From assembly GCA_002793355.1 (NCBI GenBank), contig PFQB01000107.1, forward strand, positions 1 through 40,830: DNA of 40,830 bases, given 5' to 3'. The translations under genes were made by a program, and so were the position numbers. Position 1 is the first letter of the stretch; the number at the start of each line of letters is the position of its first letter. The DNA comes from Candidatus Dojkabacteria bacterium CG_4_10_14_0_2_um_filter_Dojkabacteria_WS6_41_15. Its GTDB lineage: Bacteria > Patescibacteriota > Dojkabacteria > GCA-002793355. Below the pieces are notes generated by a model, which worked only from the letters and a program-made list of their open reading frames with translations, made no database searches and was not told where the DNA came from. Positions 1-7,154 of this stretch are shown piece by piece.

Positions 1-54
1 AACCCCGCCTAGAGGATTGAAAATCCTCTGTCCTAACCGATAGACGATAGCGGC
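1..54 (-). tRNA. tRNA-Glu (anticodon UUC), 3' part cut off by the window edge
   Basis: The reverse complement reads GCCGCTA-TC-GTCT-ATCGGTTA-GGAC-A-GAGGA-TTTTCAA-TCCTC-TAG-GCGGGGTT. This gives an acceptor strand, D arm, anticodon stem-loop with TTC at positions 34-36, and the start of the T arm. It parallels canonical bacterial tRNA-Glu. Confidence 0.85.
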
Positions 55-62
55 AATGGTGA

Positions 63-91
63 ATTATACAAAAATAATGAGTTTATAGCAA
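63..91 (-). promoter_or_regulatory. sigma70-like promoter for tRNA-Glu
   Basis: On the minus strand: TTGCTA (86-91), 17 nt spacer, TATAAT (63-68). The -10 ends 8 nt upstream of the tRNA 5' end at 54. Confidence 0.6.
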
Positions 92-186
92 TATCCTCAC
101 CACCACATTGTACTGTCTCTACCGATATTCCGATACTCGCACAGAGCCAGTAAAAGCTAGTGGTATAATTCCTTACCTAATCTGAT

Positions 187-1296
187 ATGAGTTTTATGAA
201 ATCCTACGCAAAATATGCAAAAAAACAGCTGGGAGTACTGCAAGAGCAGATTGAAACCGCACTTGCTCAGTATTTACAATCAGATTTCTGTACAGAAGCG
301 TACAATTACCATTGTGTTGCTGCAAAAGCAGCTGATATTTTCAAAGATGTCGTTACCCGACCTGCCAAACGTCTTCGCGGCGCATTTGTTTTAGAAAGCT
401 ACAATATGTTCTCAAAAAAGCCATCAGTTGAGGTTATGAAAGCAGCCGTAGCAATCGAAGTTGTCCACGCTTACTTGCTGATTATCGATGATTTTAACGA
501 CAGATCCAATCTCCGAAGGGGTTTACCCACAGCACACCGACTGCACGAGACGTATCATATCCAACACAAAATGACCGGGGACGCTCTCCATTACGGTTAT
601 TCACAAGCGGCCGTCTCGGGCTTATTCGGTATGCACCATGCCAGTAATTTACTGCTAAGCATGGATTTCCCACCTGAACGCCTTATTCGTGCCTTACAAG
701 GAGTCAACGATGCAATTAATGTAACCGCCTATGGCCAGATTCGAGACATTTTCAATCAACAAGGACCAAATACTGTCGAACACGATGTTCTTGAAGTTCA
801 TCGTCTGAAAACAGCGCATTACACGTACTTCAATCCACTTCAGTTGGGTGCAACTTTGGCAGGTGAAACAGCGAATAGCATCGCACGCTTCAATACCTAT
901 GCAGAAAATGCCGGTATTGCCTTCCAGATTCAAGATGATATTCTGGGCGTCTATGGCGATCCAAAAGATACCGGAAAGTCGAATATGGACGATATTATGG
1001 AAGGGAAGGCGACGCTATTAACCGTTTATGCGTATGCAAATGCAACCCTAGCACAAAAGGAAATACTTGATAAAACCCTCGGCAACCGCGAATTAGAAAA
1101 AACACCGGATTTATTTGCGCAAGTACAGCAAGTAATTATCGACACAGGTTCACTAGAACATTCAAAAGAGGTTGCACAAGAATTAGTTCGCAAAGCAAAG
1201 AACAGCATGTATAAAGAGTTCCCAGAATTCATAGATAACGACGGGTTCAAGTTTATCGTTGGTGTTGCGGATTATATGATTGAGAGGAAACTGTAG
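187..1296 (+). CDS. trans-polyprenyl diphosphate synthase (FPP/GGPP synthase family)
   Basis: The first aspartate-rich motif LLIIDDFNDRSNLRRG (DDxxD...RRG) is present. The second is FQIQDDILGVYGDPKDTGKS, and KT..Y motifs are typical of the family. An extended -10 TGgTATAAT lies at 162-169. Confidence 0.85.
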   Translation: MSFMKSYAKYAKKQLGVLQEQIETALAQYLQSDFCTEAYNYHCVAAKAADIFKDVVTRPAKRLRGAFVLESYNMFSKKPSVEVMKAAVAIEVVHAYLLIIDDFNDRSNLRRGLPTAHRLHETYHIQHKMTGDALHYGYSQAAVSGLFGMHHASNLLLSMDFPPERLIRALQGVNDAINVTAYGQIRDIFNQQGPNTVEHDVLEVHRLKTAHYTYFNPLQLGATLAGETANSIARFNTYAENAGIAFQIQDDILGVYGDPKDTGKSNMDDIMEGKATLLTVYAYANATLAQKEILDKTLGNRELEKTPDLFAQVQQVIIDTGSLEHSKEVAQELVRKAKNSMYKEFPEFIDNDGFKFIVGVADYMIERKL

Positions 1297-1304
1297 CATT
1301 GATT

Positions 1305-1438
1305 TGCCGAGGAGAGGAGTTGGCCACCCAACAATTTTAGGGTTCGTTCCTCACCTCTAAAATTGTACATCTTAGTCTTAGTGGTTGTTAAGCGCGGCCC
1401 CGCCCATCGTCGAACAAAAATGTTTGTTCTCCTCCGGG
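1305..1438 (-). ncRNA. unassigned structured RNA candidate ending in a copy of the tRNA-Leu 3' end
   Basis: The proposed closing helix pairs CCGGAGGAGA (1428-1437) with TCTCCTCGG (1307-1315). Internal hairpins are a perfect 10-bp stem (1331-1340/1357-1366), a 7-bp stem (1412-1418/1423-1429) and GTTGG/CCAAC (1319-1332). A TATATA/TATAGA -10-like box follows the upstream terminator. No family was recognised. Confidence 0.2.
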
Positions 1439-1454
1439 TTTCGACTCTATATAG

Positions 1455-1494
1455 CAAAAGCGGCGACTACCCAACTTTGTTGGATACTCGCCGC
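1455..1494 (-). terminator. rho-independent terminator of tRNA-Leu
   Basis: On the minus strand: GCGGCGA-gtatccaacaaagttgggtag-TCGCCGC, with additional inner pairing CCAAC/GTTGG, followed by TTTTG. It starts immediately after the tRNA 3' end. Confidence 0.65.
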
Positions 1495-1496
1495 TT

Positions 1497-1579
1497 TGCC
1501 GAGGAGAGGAGTCGAACCTCCACGCCATTGCTGGCACCAGCTCCTAAAGCTGACGTGTCTGCCATTTCACCACCCCGGC
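1497..1579 (-). tRNA. tRNA-Leu (anticodon UAG), type II with long variable arm, no encoded CCA
   Basis: The 83-nt reverse complement is GCCGGGG-TG-GTG-AAATGGCAGA-CAC-G-TCAGC-TTTAGGA-GCTGG-TGCCAGCAATGGCGT-GGAGG-TTCGACT-CCTCT-CCTCGGC-A. All four stems pair. Confidence 0.9.
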
Positions 1580-1674
1580 CTAATTAACGACTTGGAGAAT
1601 TAGAGATTTAACGACATCGTCCACTCAATTCTTCCTTCGTTTGGTATTTTACCATTAAAACGTCTTCTATAACA

Positions 1675-2382
1675 CTAGAAATTGGCAACACTACTCTCTT
1701 TCGTTAAAATTGCTCGCTGGATTTTTCCCCCAACAAAGTGCTGCACCATTGAGGCTAATCCATTTAGGGCTTCTTCTAAAACAGGATACTCCTCAGCGCA
1801 ATTTGCTTCAATAACCAATATCGCATTCTTTGTATCCTTTGTGAGCATCGTTCGCTGCCCTTCTCGCCAATTCCAGCAGCGACAAATGACACCTTCATCA
1901 TCACGATACAGGACCTCGCCAATAAACGGCTTTTCTGCTTTCTGATCACCAAGAAGTTGAACTTCTGGCTCATTTCCCGTCGCTATCGTTAGCTGCAATG
2001 CGCCAATCATTTTATCCGTATCTTCACCACCAACAGGTAGTTTATACTTTAGTGAAATATAGTTGTAGATATCAACCAGCGTATTAATATGCTCAAGCAC
2101 TCTTCCCTTCAATGCCATTCTAATAAGGTTTTCTATTGAACTTCGATAATCAGATGGTTTTGCACCAAAGGAACGATAAATTTCGCGCCATCGTGCAACA
2201 AATGGTACTTGAGTAATGGTTTCTAGGGAGTATTCCTTTGTAATTGTGGCAGTTTGCTCGGCAAGCTTCTTCAATAAAGTTTCGTTCGCATTCTGTGAGT
2301 TATCAATGCCCGATACTAACATGCACCCGATTCGTACTTCGGGATATTTTGAAAACAATTCCTCTGAAACACTGAAAGTCAT
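1675..2382 (-). CDS. B3/B4 tRNA-binding domain protein (PheRS beta-subunit-related, stand-alone)
   Basis: A 235 aa ORF. Its N-terminal F.VSEE...P...IG and central LPVGGEDTDK pattern resemble solo B3/4 domain proteins. The call is by eye only. Confidence 0.55.
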   Translation of the reverse strand: MTFSVSEELFSKYPEVRIGCMLVSGIDNSQNANETLLKKLAEQTATITKEYSLETITQVPFVARWREIYRSFGAKPSDYRSSIENLIRMALKGRVLEHINTLVDIYNYISLKYKLPVGGEDTDKMIGALQLTIATGNEPEVQLLGDQKAEKPFIGEVLYRDDEGVICRCWNWREGQRTMLTKDTKNAILVIEANCAEEYPVLEEALNGLASMVQHFVGGKIQRAILTKESSVANF

Positions 2383-2399
2383 GTGCTAATTACGCAAAT

Positions 2400-2810
2400 T
2401 TACTTTTTCGCAACTGCTTTCTTAACTGTAGCTTTCTTAGCTACAACTTTCTTTACTGCCTTAATGCTTTTCTGTTTTTTCTCTTCAGTGCTTTTTGGCT
2501 TTTCTACTTTGGTGCTTTCTTGCTTTGGTGCTTTTGCTTCTGCCAGCTTTGGCCAGACATTTACAACGGTTCTAACACCATGTGGTCTGCGAAGATAGGT
2601 GAACTGAACGATGCCCGCAACACGGGACATAACGGAACTGTCGCGACTAATCATGGTATTCATGCCTGCTTTGAACACAATACCCGTTTGTTTAATAAGA
2701 ATCTGTCCACCACGAACAAACTGTCCTTGGTTAACTTTAAGGCCTCTGCGCTTTCCTACAACATTTGCCTTTTGATGTGCCGAGGATGACCCGGCTTTTA
2801 CGTGCGCCAT
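2400..2810 (-). CDS. rpmA: 50S ribosomal protein L27 with Lys/Ala-rich C-terminal extension
   Basis: The N-terminus MAHVKAGSSSAHQKANVVGKRRGLKV...GGQILIKQTGIVFKAGMN is canonical bL27. About 50 extra residues rich in K/A/V/E follow the conserved core. Confidence 0.9.
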   Translation of the reverse strand: MAHVKAGSSSAHQKANVVGKRRGLKVNQGQFVRGGQILIKQTGIVFKAGMNTMISRDSSVMSRVAGIVQFTYLRRPHGVRTVVNVWPKLAEAKAPKQESTKVEKPKSTEEKKQKSIKAVKKVVAKKATVKKAVAKK

Positions 2811-2830
2811 ATTATCTTTCTATAGTTTAA

Positions 2831-3970
2831 CTATCTTTTTTCGAGAACAACAATCTCTCTACCGATAATGCTATCTCGCTGAAGCCAAAGGAGAGGACCT
2901 AGATCTACTAGAAACTCCGGTACTTTCCATGCTTCTCCGGACATCGGTAATGGTGGATTATACCACTCACCCCCATGTTCCGCAAGAAACGAAAAGGTAG
3001 GTTTAATAAACACCAAACATTGCCCTTTATGCAAAATCCCGCTGGCAACTTGCAACAAAGTTCCGTACAAACGACTAATCTCGCGCCATTCACGCTTTGC
3101 CAGAAATTCATTTCCAAAAGGTCGGTAGCGAGGTTTTCCAAGATAAGGTTCAGTCACCACTGCAGTTACCGTACGGTCGGCCTTAGATCGCTCAATTGCT
3201 TCAACATAAAGCGTATGTTTTGCCTGCGAAACTAACCCATTTCTAATCAACCATTGCATGTTTTGCTTCGCTTTAGCAATACTTTCTGGCGATTTATCTG
3301 TTCCCAAAACGGGAATGCCTAAGACCGCAGCTTGCATCGCTATAGTAGCCTGCCCAACAAAGGGATCCCAGATTTTACCTGTAGCCTGTGCTCCAGACAA
3401 ATTAATCATCATTCGGGCAAGTTTTGCAGGTAATAACCCTATTTTCATATCTCGGGCTGGGCGCTCTGCATCGGTAATCGACCAAAACTGTGCATCTTGT
3501 ACCTGAATCGTTTTAATAATATAAACCGTATTCCCACTTGAAATTGCAGAGAATTCTTGCCCCCCACGTTTTAATACGTGTTCACTGACTGCCGGTGCAT
3601 GCAGGGCTTCGTCAAATCTGCCATCATACTTGGAACCCGGAAGTTCGTCCTTTAAATCGTGATGAAGTCTTTTTTTGTCGAGTTTAACGCCATAAAGCGA
3701 AAAGATATACTCTTTTTTTGTGGCTTCCTTCAACTGTTTTTTGAACGCACTAATAATGTGATTTTCTAGATTATCGTTTTTATCAAGCTCGGCAATTACT
3801 TCACCCCAGCGCGGAACCCCACCAAGTTTGAAAAAACTGTTTTGTACAAGCATCGTATCAAGTTCGAACATTGCAACACCCATCAATCGCGAGGATTCCT
3901 TAACTCCAAACATCAAGCGTAATTCAGCTAATGATACTTCGGGATGTGAACCAAGAAAAAATGCAATCAT
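2831..3970 (-). CDS. class I SAM-dependent methyltransferase, UPF0020/Trm11/RlmL-like (putative RNA m2G-type)
   Basis: Contains a SAM motif DPFVGQATIAMQAAVLG, then GTDKS, then a catalytic-like VTEPYLG where NPPY would normally be. It is inserted between rplU and rpmA. Confidence 0.55.
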   Translation of the reverse strand: MIAFFLGSHPEVSLAELRLMFGVKESSRLMGVAMFELDTMLVQNSFFKLGGVPRWGEVIAELDKNDNLENHIISAFKKQLKEATKKEYIFSLYGVKLDKKRLHHDLKDELPGSKYDGRFDEALHAPAVSEHVLKRGGQEFSAISSGNTVYIIKTIQVQDAQFWSITDAERPARDMKIGLLPAKLARMMINLSGAQATGKIWDPFVGQATIAMQAAVLGIPVLGTDKSPESIAKAKQNMQWLIRNGLVSQAKHTLYVEAIERSKADRTVTAVVTEPYLGKPRYRPFGNEFLAKREWREISRLYGTLLQVASGILHKGQCLVFIKPTFSFLAEHGGEWYNPPLPMSGEAWKVPEFLVDLGPLLWLQRDSIIGREIVVLEKR

Positions 3971-3976
3971 AGGTTC

Positions 3977-3982
3977 ATTATA
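3977..3982 (-). promoter_or_regulatory. -10 box TATAAT, 6 nt upstream of the methyltransferase ATG (leaderless geometry)
   Basis: The minus strand reads ctgTATAATgaacctATG. Confidence 0.4.
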
Positions 3983-3998
3983 CAGTTAAATGTGGAAA

Positions 3999-4319
3999 TT
4001 ACTTGGTAACAATCTCGTCTACCCGAACGCGAGTCAATTCTGCGCGGTATCCCCATTGTTTTCGGTAACGTGACTTTGCTTTGAACTTTCCTGCTTCAAA
4101 TTTTTCACCACGGAATTGCTTAAGAATAGTGCAAACGACTTTTGCGTCTTTGACTACTGGTTGACCAATAGTTGTTTTATCACCGATTTGGGTCAATAGT
4201 ACATCAGAAAATTCTAATTTGCTGTCGACTTCGCCCTCAATTCGAGGCATATCAAGGTATTCACCCTTCTTTAAGGAATATTGGTGAAGGCCTTTTCTAA
4301 TAATCGCGTAGTCAGTCAT
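3999..4319 (-). CDS. rplU: 50S ribosomal protein L21
   Basis: A 106 aa ORF with YAII..G..QY....G......IEG at the N-terminus and KFKAKSRYRKQWGYRAELTRVRVDEI at the C-terminus, typical of bL21. Confidence 0.9.
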   Translation of the reverse strand: MTDYAIIRKGLHQYSLKKGEYLDMPRIEGEVDSKLEFSDVLLTQIGDKTTIGQPVVKDAKVVCTILKQFRGEKFEAGKFKAKSRYRKQWGYRAELTRVRVDEIVTK

Positions 4320-4325
4320 GGTGGG

Positions 4326-4354
4326 ATTGTATCAAGAGAAGGAGGCTATGTCAA
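4326..4354 (-). promoter_or_regulatory. near-consensus sigma70 promoter placing the TSS on the rplU ATG
   Basis: On the minus strand: TTGACA (4349-4354), 17 nt spacer, TACAAT (4326-4331), then cccacc, then ATG (4319). Confidence 0.6.
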
Positions 4355-4369
4355 CGAAAACTTGCACGA

Positions 4370-4948
4370 TTAACAATTCACAAGGTCTTTTTCTGTTCTA
4401 CAGTCTGTAAATTGGAACAACTCGCTAGAATCCTTTCTCATTTGTTCTAGTTTTGACTCATCATTAAGCCCGCATACTGCTAACAAATCTTCTTTTTCCA
4501 TGTCGCGATCGAGCTCCAAAGTAAAAGCAACTATAGCAGCCCCCAAAGCAACACCACGCACGATCATTTGATCTGTATCGTCCAACTGACGTGCTGAACG
4601 CTGGGCACGGACAGCTTTAAATACACCAGCAACCACTTGTTTGAAGGGTGGTCGATCTCCCCCCTCATAAGCCTGAGCCAGTGAATCTTCTATGGCGTTT
4701 AAGCAGAGTCCAACCGGTGAATTAATCATGGAACGCTTTAGACCCTGCTGGTCGACAATGTCTGCGTCATAACGCATTATGCGGCTATTTGTTCGTGTTG
4801 TTCGGTCTGCATTAAGGGAGCGTTTAACCGCTTCACAGGCAATCATTTTTCCGGATGGAATTCTGCAACCTAAATCTATATCTTTTACAGGTACAAGATC
4901 ATCGCACAGAGCTAGCTGTGCTGCGGTCATACTGATTATTCGTGCCAT
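4370..4948 (-). CDS. hypothetical protein (192 aa), no recognisable motif
   Basis: A long ORF between truB and rplU. Its own promoter-like TTGCTG (4977-4982), 17 nt spacer, TATAAT (4954-4959) ends 5 nt before the ATG. Confidence 0.6.
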   Translation of the reverse strand: MARIISMTAAQLALCDDLVPVKDIDLGCRIPSGKMIACEAVKRSLNADRTTRTNSRIMRYDADIVDQQGLKRSMINSPVGLCLNAIEDSLAQAYEGGDRPPFKQVVAGVFKAVRAQRSARQLDDTDQMIVRGVALGAAIVAFTLELDRDMEKEDLLAVCGLNDESKLEQMRKDSSELFQFTDCRTEKDLVNC

Positions 4949-4990
4949 TAGTTATTATACCGCAATACCCCATAGTCAGCAAGAGACCTG

Positions 4991-5809
4991 CTAGATTCTG
5001 CACAAACCAATTAGCAGGCCCTTCGCACCTAATCTTGTGGCTATATCCTGTGCTAATGAGCGGATATATGTACCTTTGGGTACTAACACCTCGATTTCTG
5101 TGAGCAGAAATGTGCACTTTGCCTCAGCAACTACTTGCGTTGAAGCCAGAAGTGATTGTTCCCACTTTGTTAACAGAAATTCATATTTCTGCGCACGGTA
5201 ATTCACGTCACTTCCAATCTCAACAAACCTTTCGAAAGAGTCTTTCAATTTCTTACGCTTAAGAGAAAGAAGTTCAACTAGGTTTGAAGCAGACAAAACC
5301 TTATTTTGTATAAGCTTCCATTCCAATAATTTTGTTTCTACAAACCGTTTTTCGGCTGTTTTCCCATCCCGAATTAGCGAATATGCCGTTTTCCCGTTTT
5401 GTTTCGAGGCGTTAAACGCTGGTAATTCCTGAGTAAAGCCAGCAGACAATTCGATTAAAATCTCTTTAACTCTTCCCTCAGGAAAATTTACCTGCGACGG
5501 AGATAACTCTATAGGTAATTCTAAATCACCAGAAAAAGAACTTGCACCAATTAATATTTCAGCTCTGTAACGCTTTTCGCTTGCCAGATATTTTGTTAGC
5601 AGTTTTGTTCCTGCACCAATGCCTAAAAGCAATGCACCTTCTGCCAGCGGGTCGAGTGTTCCGCCGTGTCCAACTTTTTTACTAGTAATCTTCTTGTACA
5701 TCTCGACCAACGCTGTACTTGGAATTCCATACGGTTTGTATACTTGAACAAGACCATCGACAATTGCCTTCTCTTGAACCCACGCATGAAATTGTGAACC
5801 GTCTACCAT
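4991..5809 (-). CDS. truB: tRNA pseudouridine(55) synthase TruB
   Basis: Contains the catalytic motif GHGGTLDPLAEGALLLGIG. The size and layout fit the TruB family. Confidence 0.9.
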   Translation of the reverse strand: MVDGSQFHAWVQEKAIVDGLVQVYKPYGIPSTALVEMYKKITSKKVGHGGTLDPLAEGALLLGIGAGTKLLTKYLASEKRYRAEILIGASSFSGDLELPIELSPSQVNFPEGRVKEILIELSAGFTQELPAFNASKQNGKTAYSLIRDGKTAEKRFVETKLLEWKLIQNKVLSASNLVELLSLKRKKLKDSFERFVEIGSDVNYRAQKYEFLLTKWEQSLLASTQVVAEAKCTFLLTEIEVLVPKGTYIRSLAQDIATRLGAKGLLIGLCRI

Positions 5810-6552
5810 CCTCGAAGAATATTGTTGAGAATGTTTGCCATCGACTTAAGTCCTGGAACCACCGCACGATAATTCAAGTTGACATAACCTATTGTGCCAA
5901 TGTATCCAACTTCTTCGCCGTCAAACAATTTGAAGGGCGTAAAGACGGCGATAAAATTTTCGAGATCTTTCCACCCTAATTCAGCACCAGAAAAAATGCC
6001 AATACCACCCGTCTGAAACTCGTAACGCTGCTTAAAAAATGACATTAACAATTCTGGATCTTCAATAACGTCCCAAAACTTCATAAGCCCAGATAGATAG
6101 TCCCCTTGGATTTTCTTAGGAAATTTTTCGTAAACTTTGAGAAGTCGAGAAATCCGATAGAATTGAATAACATCGTTATACAGAATAAATGAGGGCTCGC
6201 CCGTCCACTTGTGCAAAGTTTTCATGGCATCACGCAGCAAGCTTTGCACCTCGAAACGGGAATTGGAAAGTGACTGCCCTTCTTTGACAATATCTACGAA
6301 GTCAATCACATTCTCAACCATTAAGTTGCTAACGTAAAAGTTGAGGCCTTTGATAGTCGGGATTCGTCCTGAGGCGAAATGGCTTTTTGTTAAGTACCCA
6401 CCGTGCGAAAGCTCCAAAAACTCATTTCGCAATGTAGCCGAGCTTACTTCAAAATCTCCGGTACGAAGTAATTCAAAAGAACTGATATCATGTCCACTCT
6501 CAATAAAGGACTCTATAAGCGCTTTAAGTATGAGCTTTTGGCGTTCGGTCAT
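5803..6552 (-). CDS. hrcA: heat-inducible transcription repressor HrcA (short form)
   Basis: The N-terminal winged helix reads TERQKLILKALIESFIESGHDISS...VSSATLRNEFLELSHGGYLTKSHFASGRIPTIKGLNFYV, matching the HrcA signature. At 249 aa it is shorter than the usual length of about 340 aa. Confidence 0.75.
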   Translation of the reverse strand: MTERQKLILKALIESFIESGHDISSFELLRTGDFEVSSATLRNEFLELSHGGYLTKSHFASGRIPTIKGLNFYVSNLMVENVIDFVDIVKEGQSLSNSRFEVQSLLRDAMKTLHKWTGEPSFILYNDVIQFYRISRLLKVYEKFPKKIQGDYLSGLMKFWDVIEDPELLMSFFKQRYEFQTGGIGIFSGAELGWKDLENFIAVFTPFKLFDGEEVGYIGTIGYVNLNYRAVVPGLKSMANILNNILRGW

Positions 6553-6557
6553 GCTCG

Positions 6558-6586
6558 ATTGTATTATGATTCTATTTATTTAGCAA
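6558..6586 (-). promoter_or_regulatory. sigma70-like promoter with the -10 box 5 nt from the hrcA ATG
   Basis: On the minus strand: TTGCTA (6581-6586), 17 nt spacer, TACAAT (6558-6563), then cgagc, then ATG (6552). Confidence 0.55.
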
Positions 6587-7154
6587 TCGGCTCTCTGATT
6601 GCTGAAACCATTAAGTACCCCACACCAAAGCCAAACAGCAGCCCTGTTAGAAAACGTCGTGGATTGGTACTTTCGTAAAACCCTCTTTCCGGTGCCAAAA
6701 TGTATGCAATCGTTTGAATTCCTCCATCTAATATCATCGGAATAATCAACAGTATTGGGATAATCTTTGGAATTCTCCACTGCCTCAGAAATTCAGATGT
6801 CAATAATCCGATTAGTAGCCCGAGATACATTCCCGTACATCTCGTGCAAACACCGAATTTACAGCCGAATTCCTCACCACAAACAAAACGATTCCTAAAA
6901 TGAAAAGTGAAAATGTGATCAAATGGAACCTTGCTCCAAACTTCAGCTTTCGTATGCAGCAGTGCATTACCAAATAAGTAAAAACTTCTGTCTGCACGTT
7001 GATGGCACACCAAACCCAAGGCAAAATAAAAGTATTTTGCCAGCTTCTCTGCGCCAAGCTCAAAAAGTAGCGGAGGTAGTATGATTAATAGATTCAACGA
7101 GCCAACCAACCACTTTATTGGAGCTAAACTTAAGTTTTGCTTATTCTTTTGCAC
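6576..7154 (-). CDS. DUF2085 family membrane protein
   Basis: Contains CHQRADRSF and CTRCTGMYLG motifs with flanking TM helices. The start is ambiguous: the longest ORF reaches 7307 but would overlap the upstream gene by 167 nt. In-frame GTG/TTG codons lie at 7193, 7172, 7160, 7154 and 7109. Confidence 0.6.
   Translation of the reverse strand: MQKNKQNLSLAPIKWLVGSLNLLIILPPLLFELGAEKLAKYFYFALGLVCHQRADRSFYLFGNALLHTKAEVWSKVPFDHIFTFHFRNRFVCGEEFGCKFGVCTRCTGMYLGLLIGLLTSEFLRQWRIPKIIPILLIIPMILDGGIQTIAYILAPERGFYESTNPRRFLTGLLFGFGVGYLMVSAIREPIAK

Noticed and set aside
1305-1438. tmRNA, SRP RNA, 6S or split/permuted tRNA identity for the structured segment
   Set aside because: It is too short for tmRNA and has no tag-like reading frame or G-U acceptor signature. 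It lacks the SRP helix-8 motif (GGAA tetraloop with AGCA/CAGG loops). There is no matching 5' acceptor strand GCCG(A/G)GG for a tRNA. I kept it only as an unassigned candidate.
1303-1512. An intact integrated mobile element at tRNA-Leu
   Set aside because: Only 174 bp separate the two 18-nt repeats, and there is no integrase or any other ORF between them. At most it is a scar.
1363-1603. Plus-strand ORFs of 74 and 72 aa (1363-1587 and 1385-1603)
   Set aside because: They run antisense through tRNA-Leu and its terminator. The region is explained by RNA features.
4348-4410. A 20-aa plus-strand ORF preceded by GAAGGAGG
   Set aside because: The SD-like sequence is only 2 nt from the ATG. The same bases form the spacer of the minus-strand rplU promoter, and the ORF lies antisense to the 3' end of the 4370-4948 gene.
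6553-6600. A CIRCE operator (TTAGCACTC-N9-GAGTGCTAA) near hrcA
   Set aside because: No match upstream of hrcA or anywhere else in the window. The closest look-alike (TAGCACTAccgattGAGCAC at about 39452-39471) lacks the inverted-repeat symmetry.
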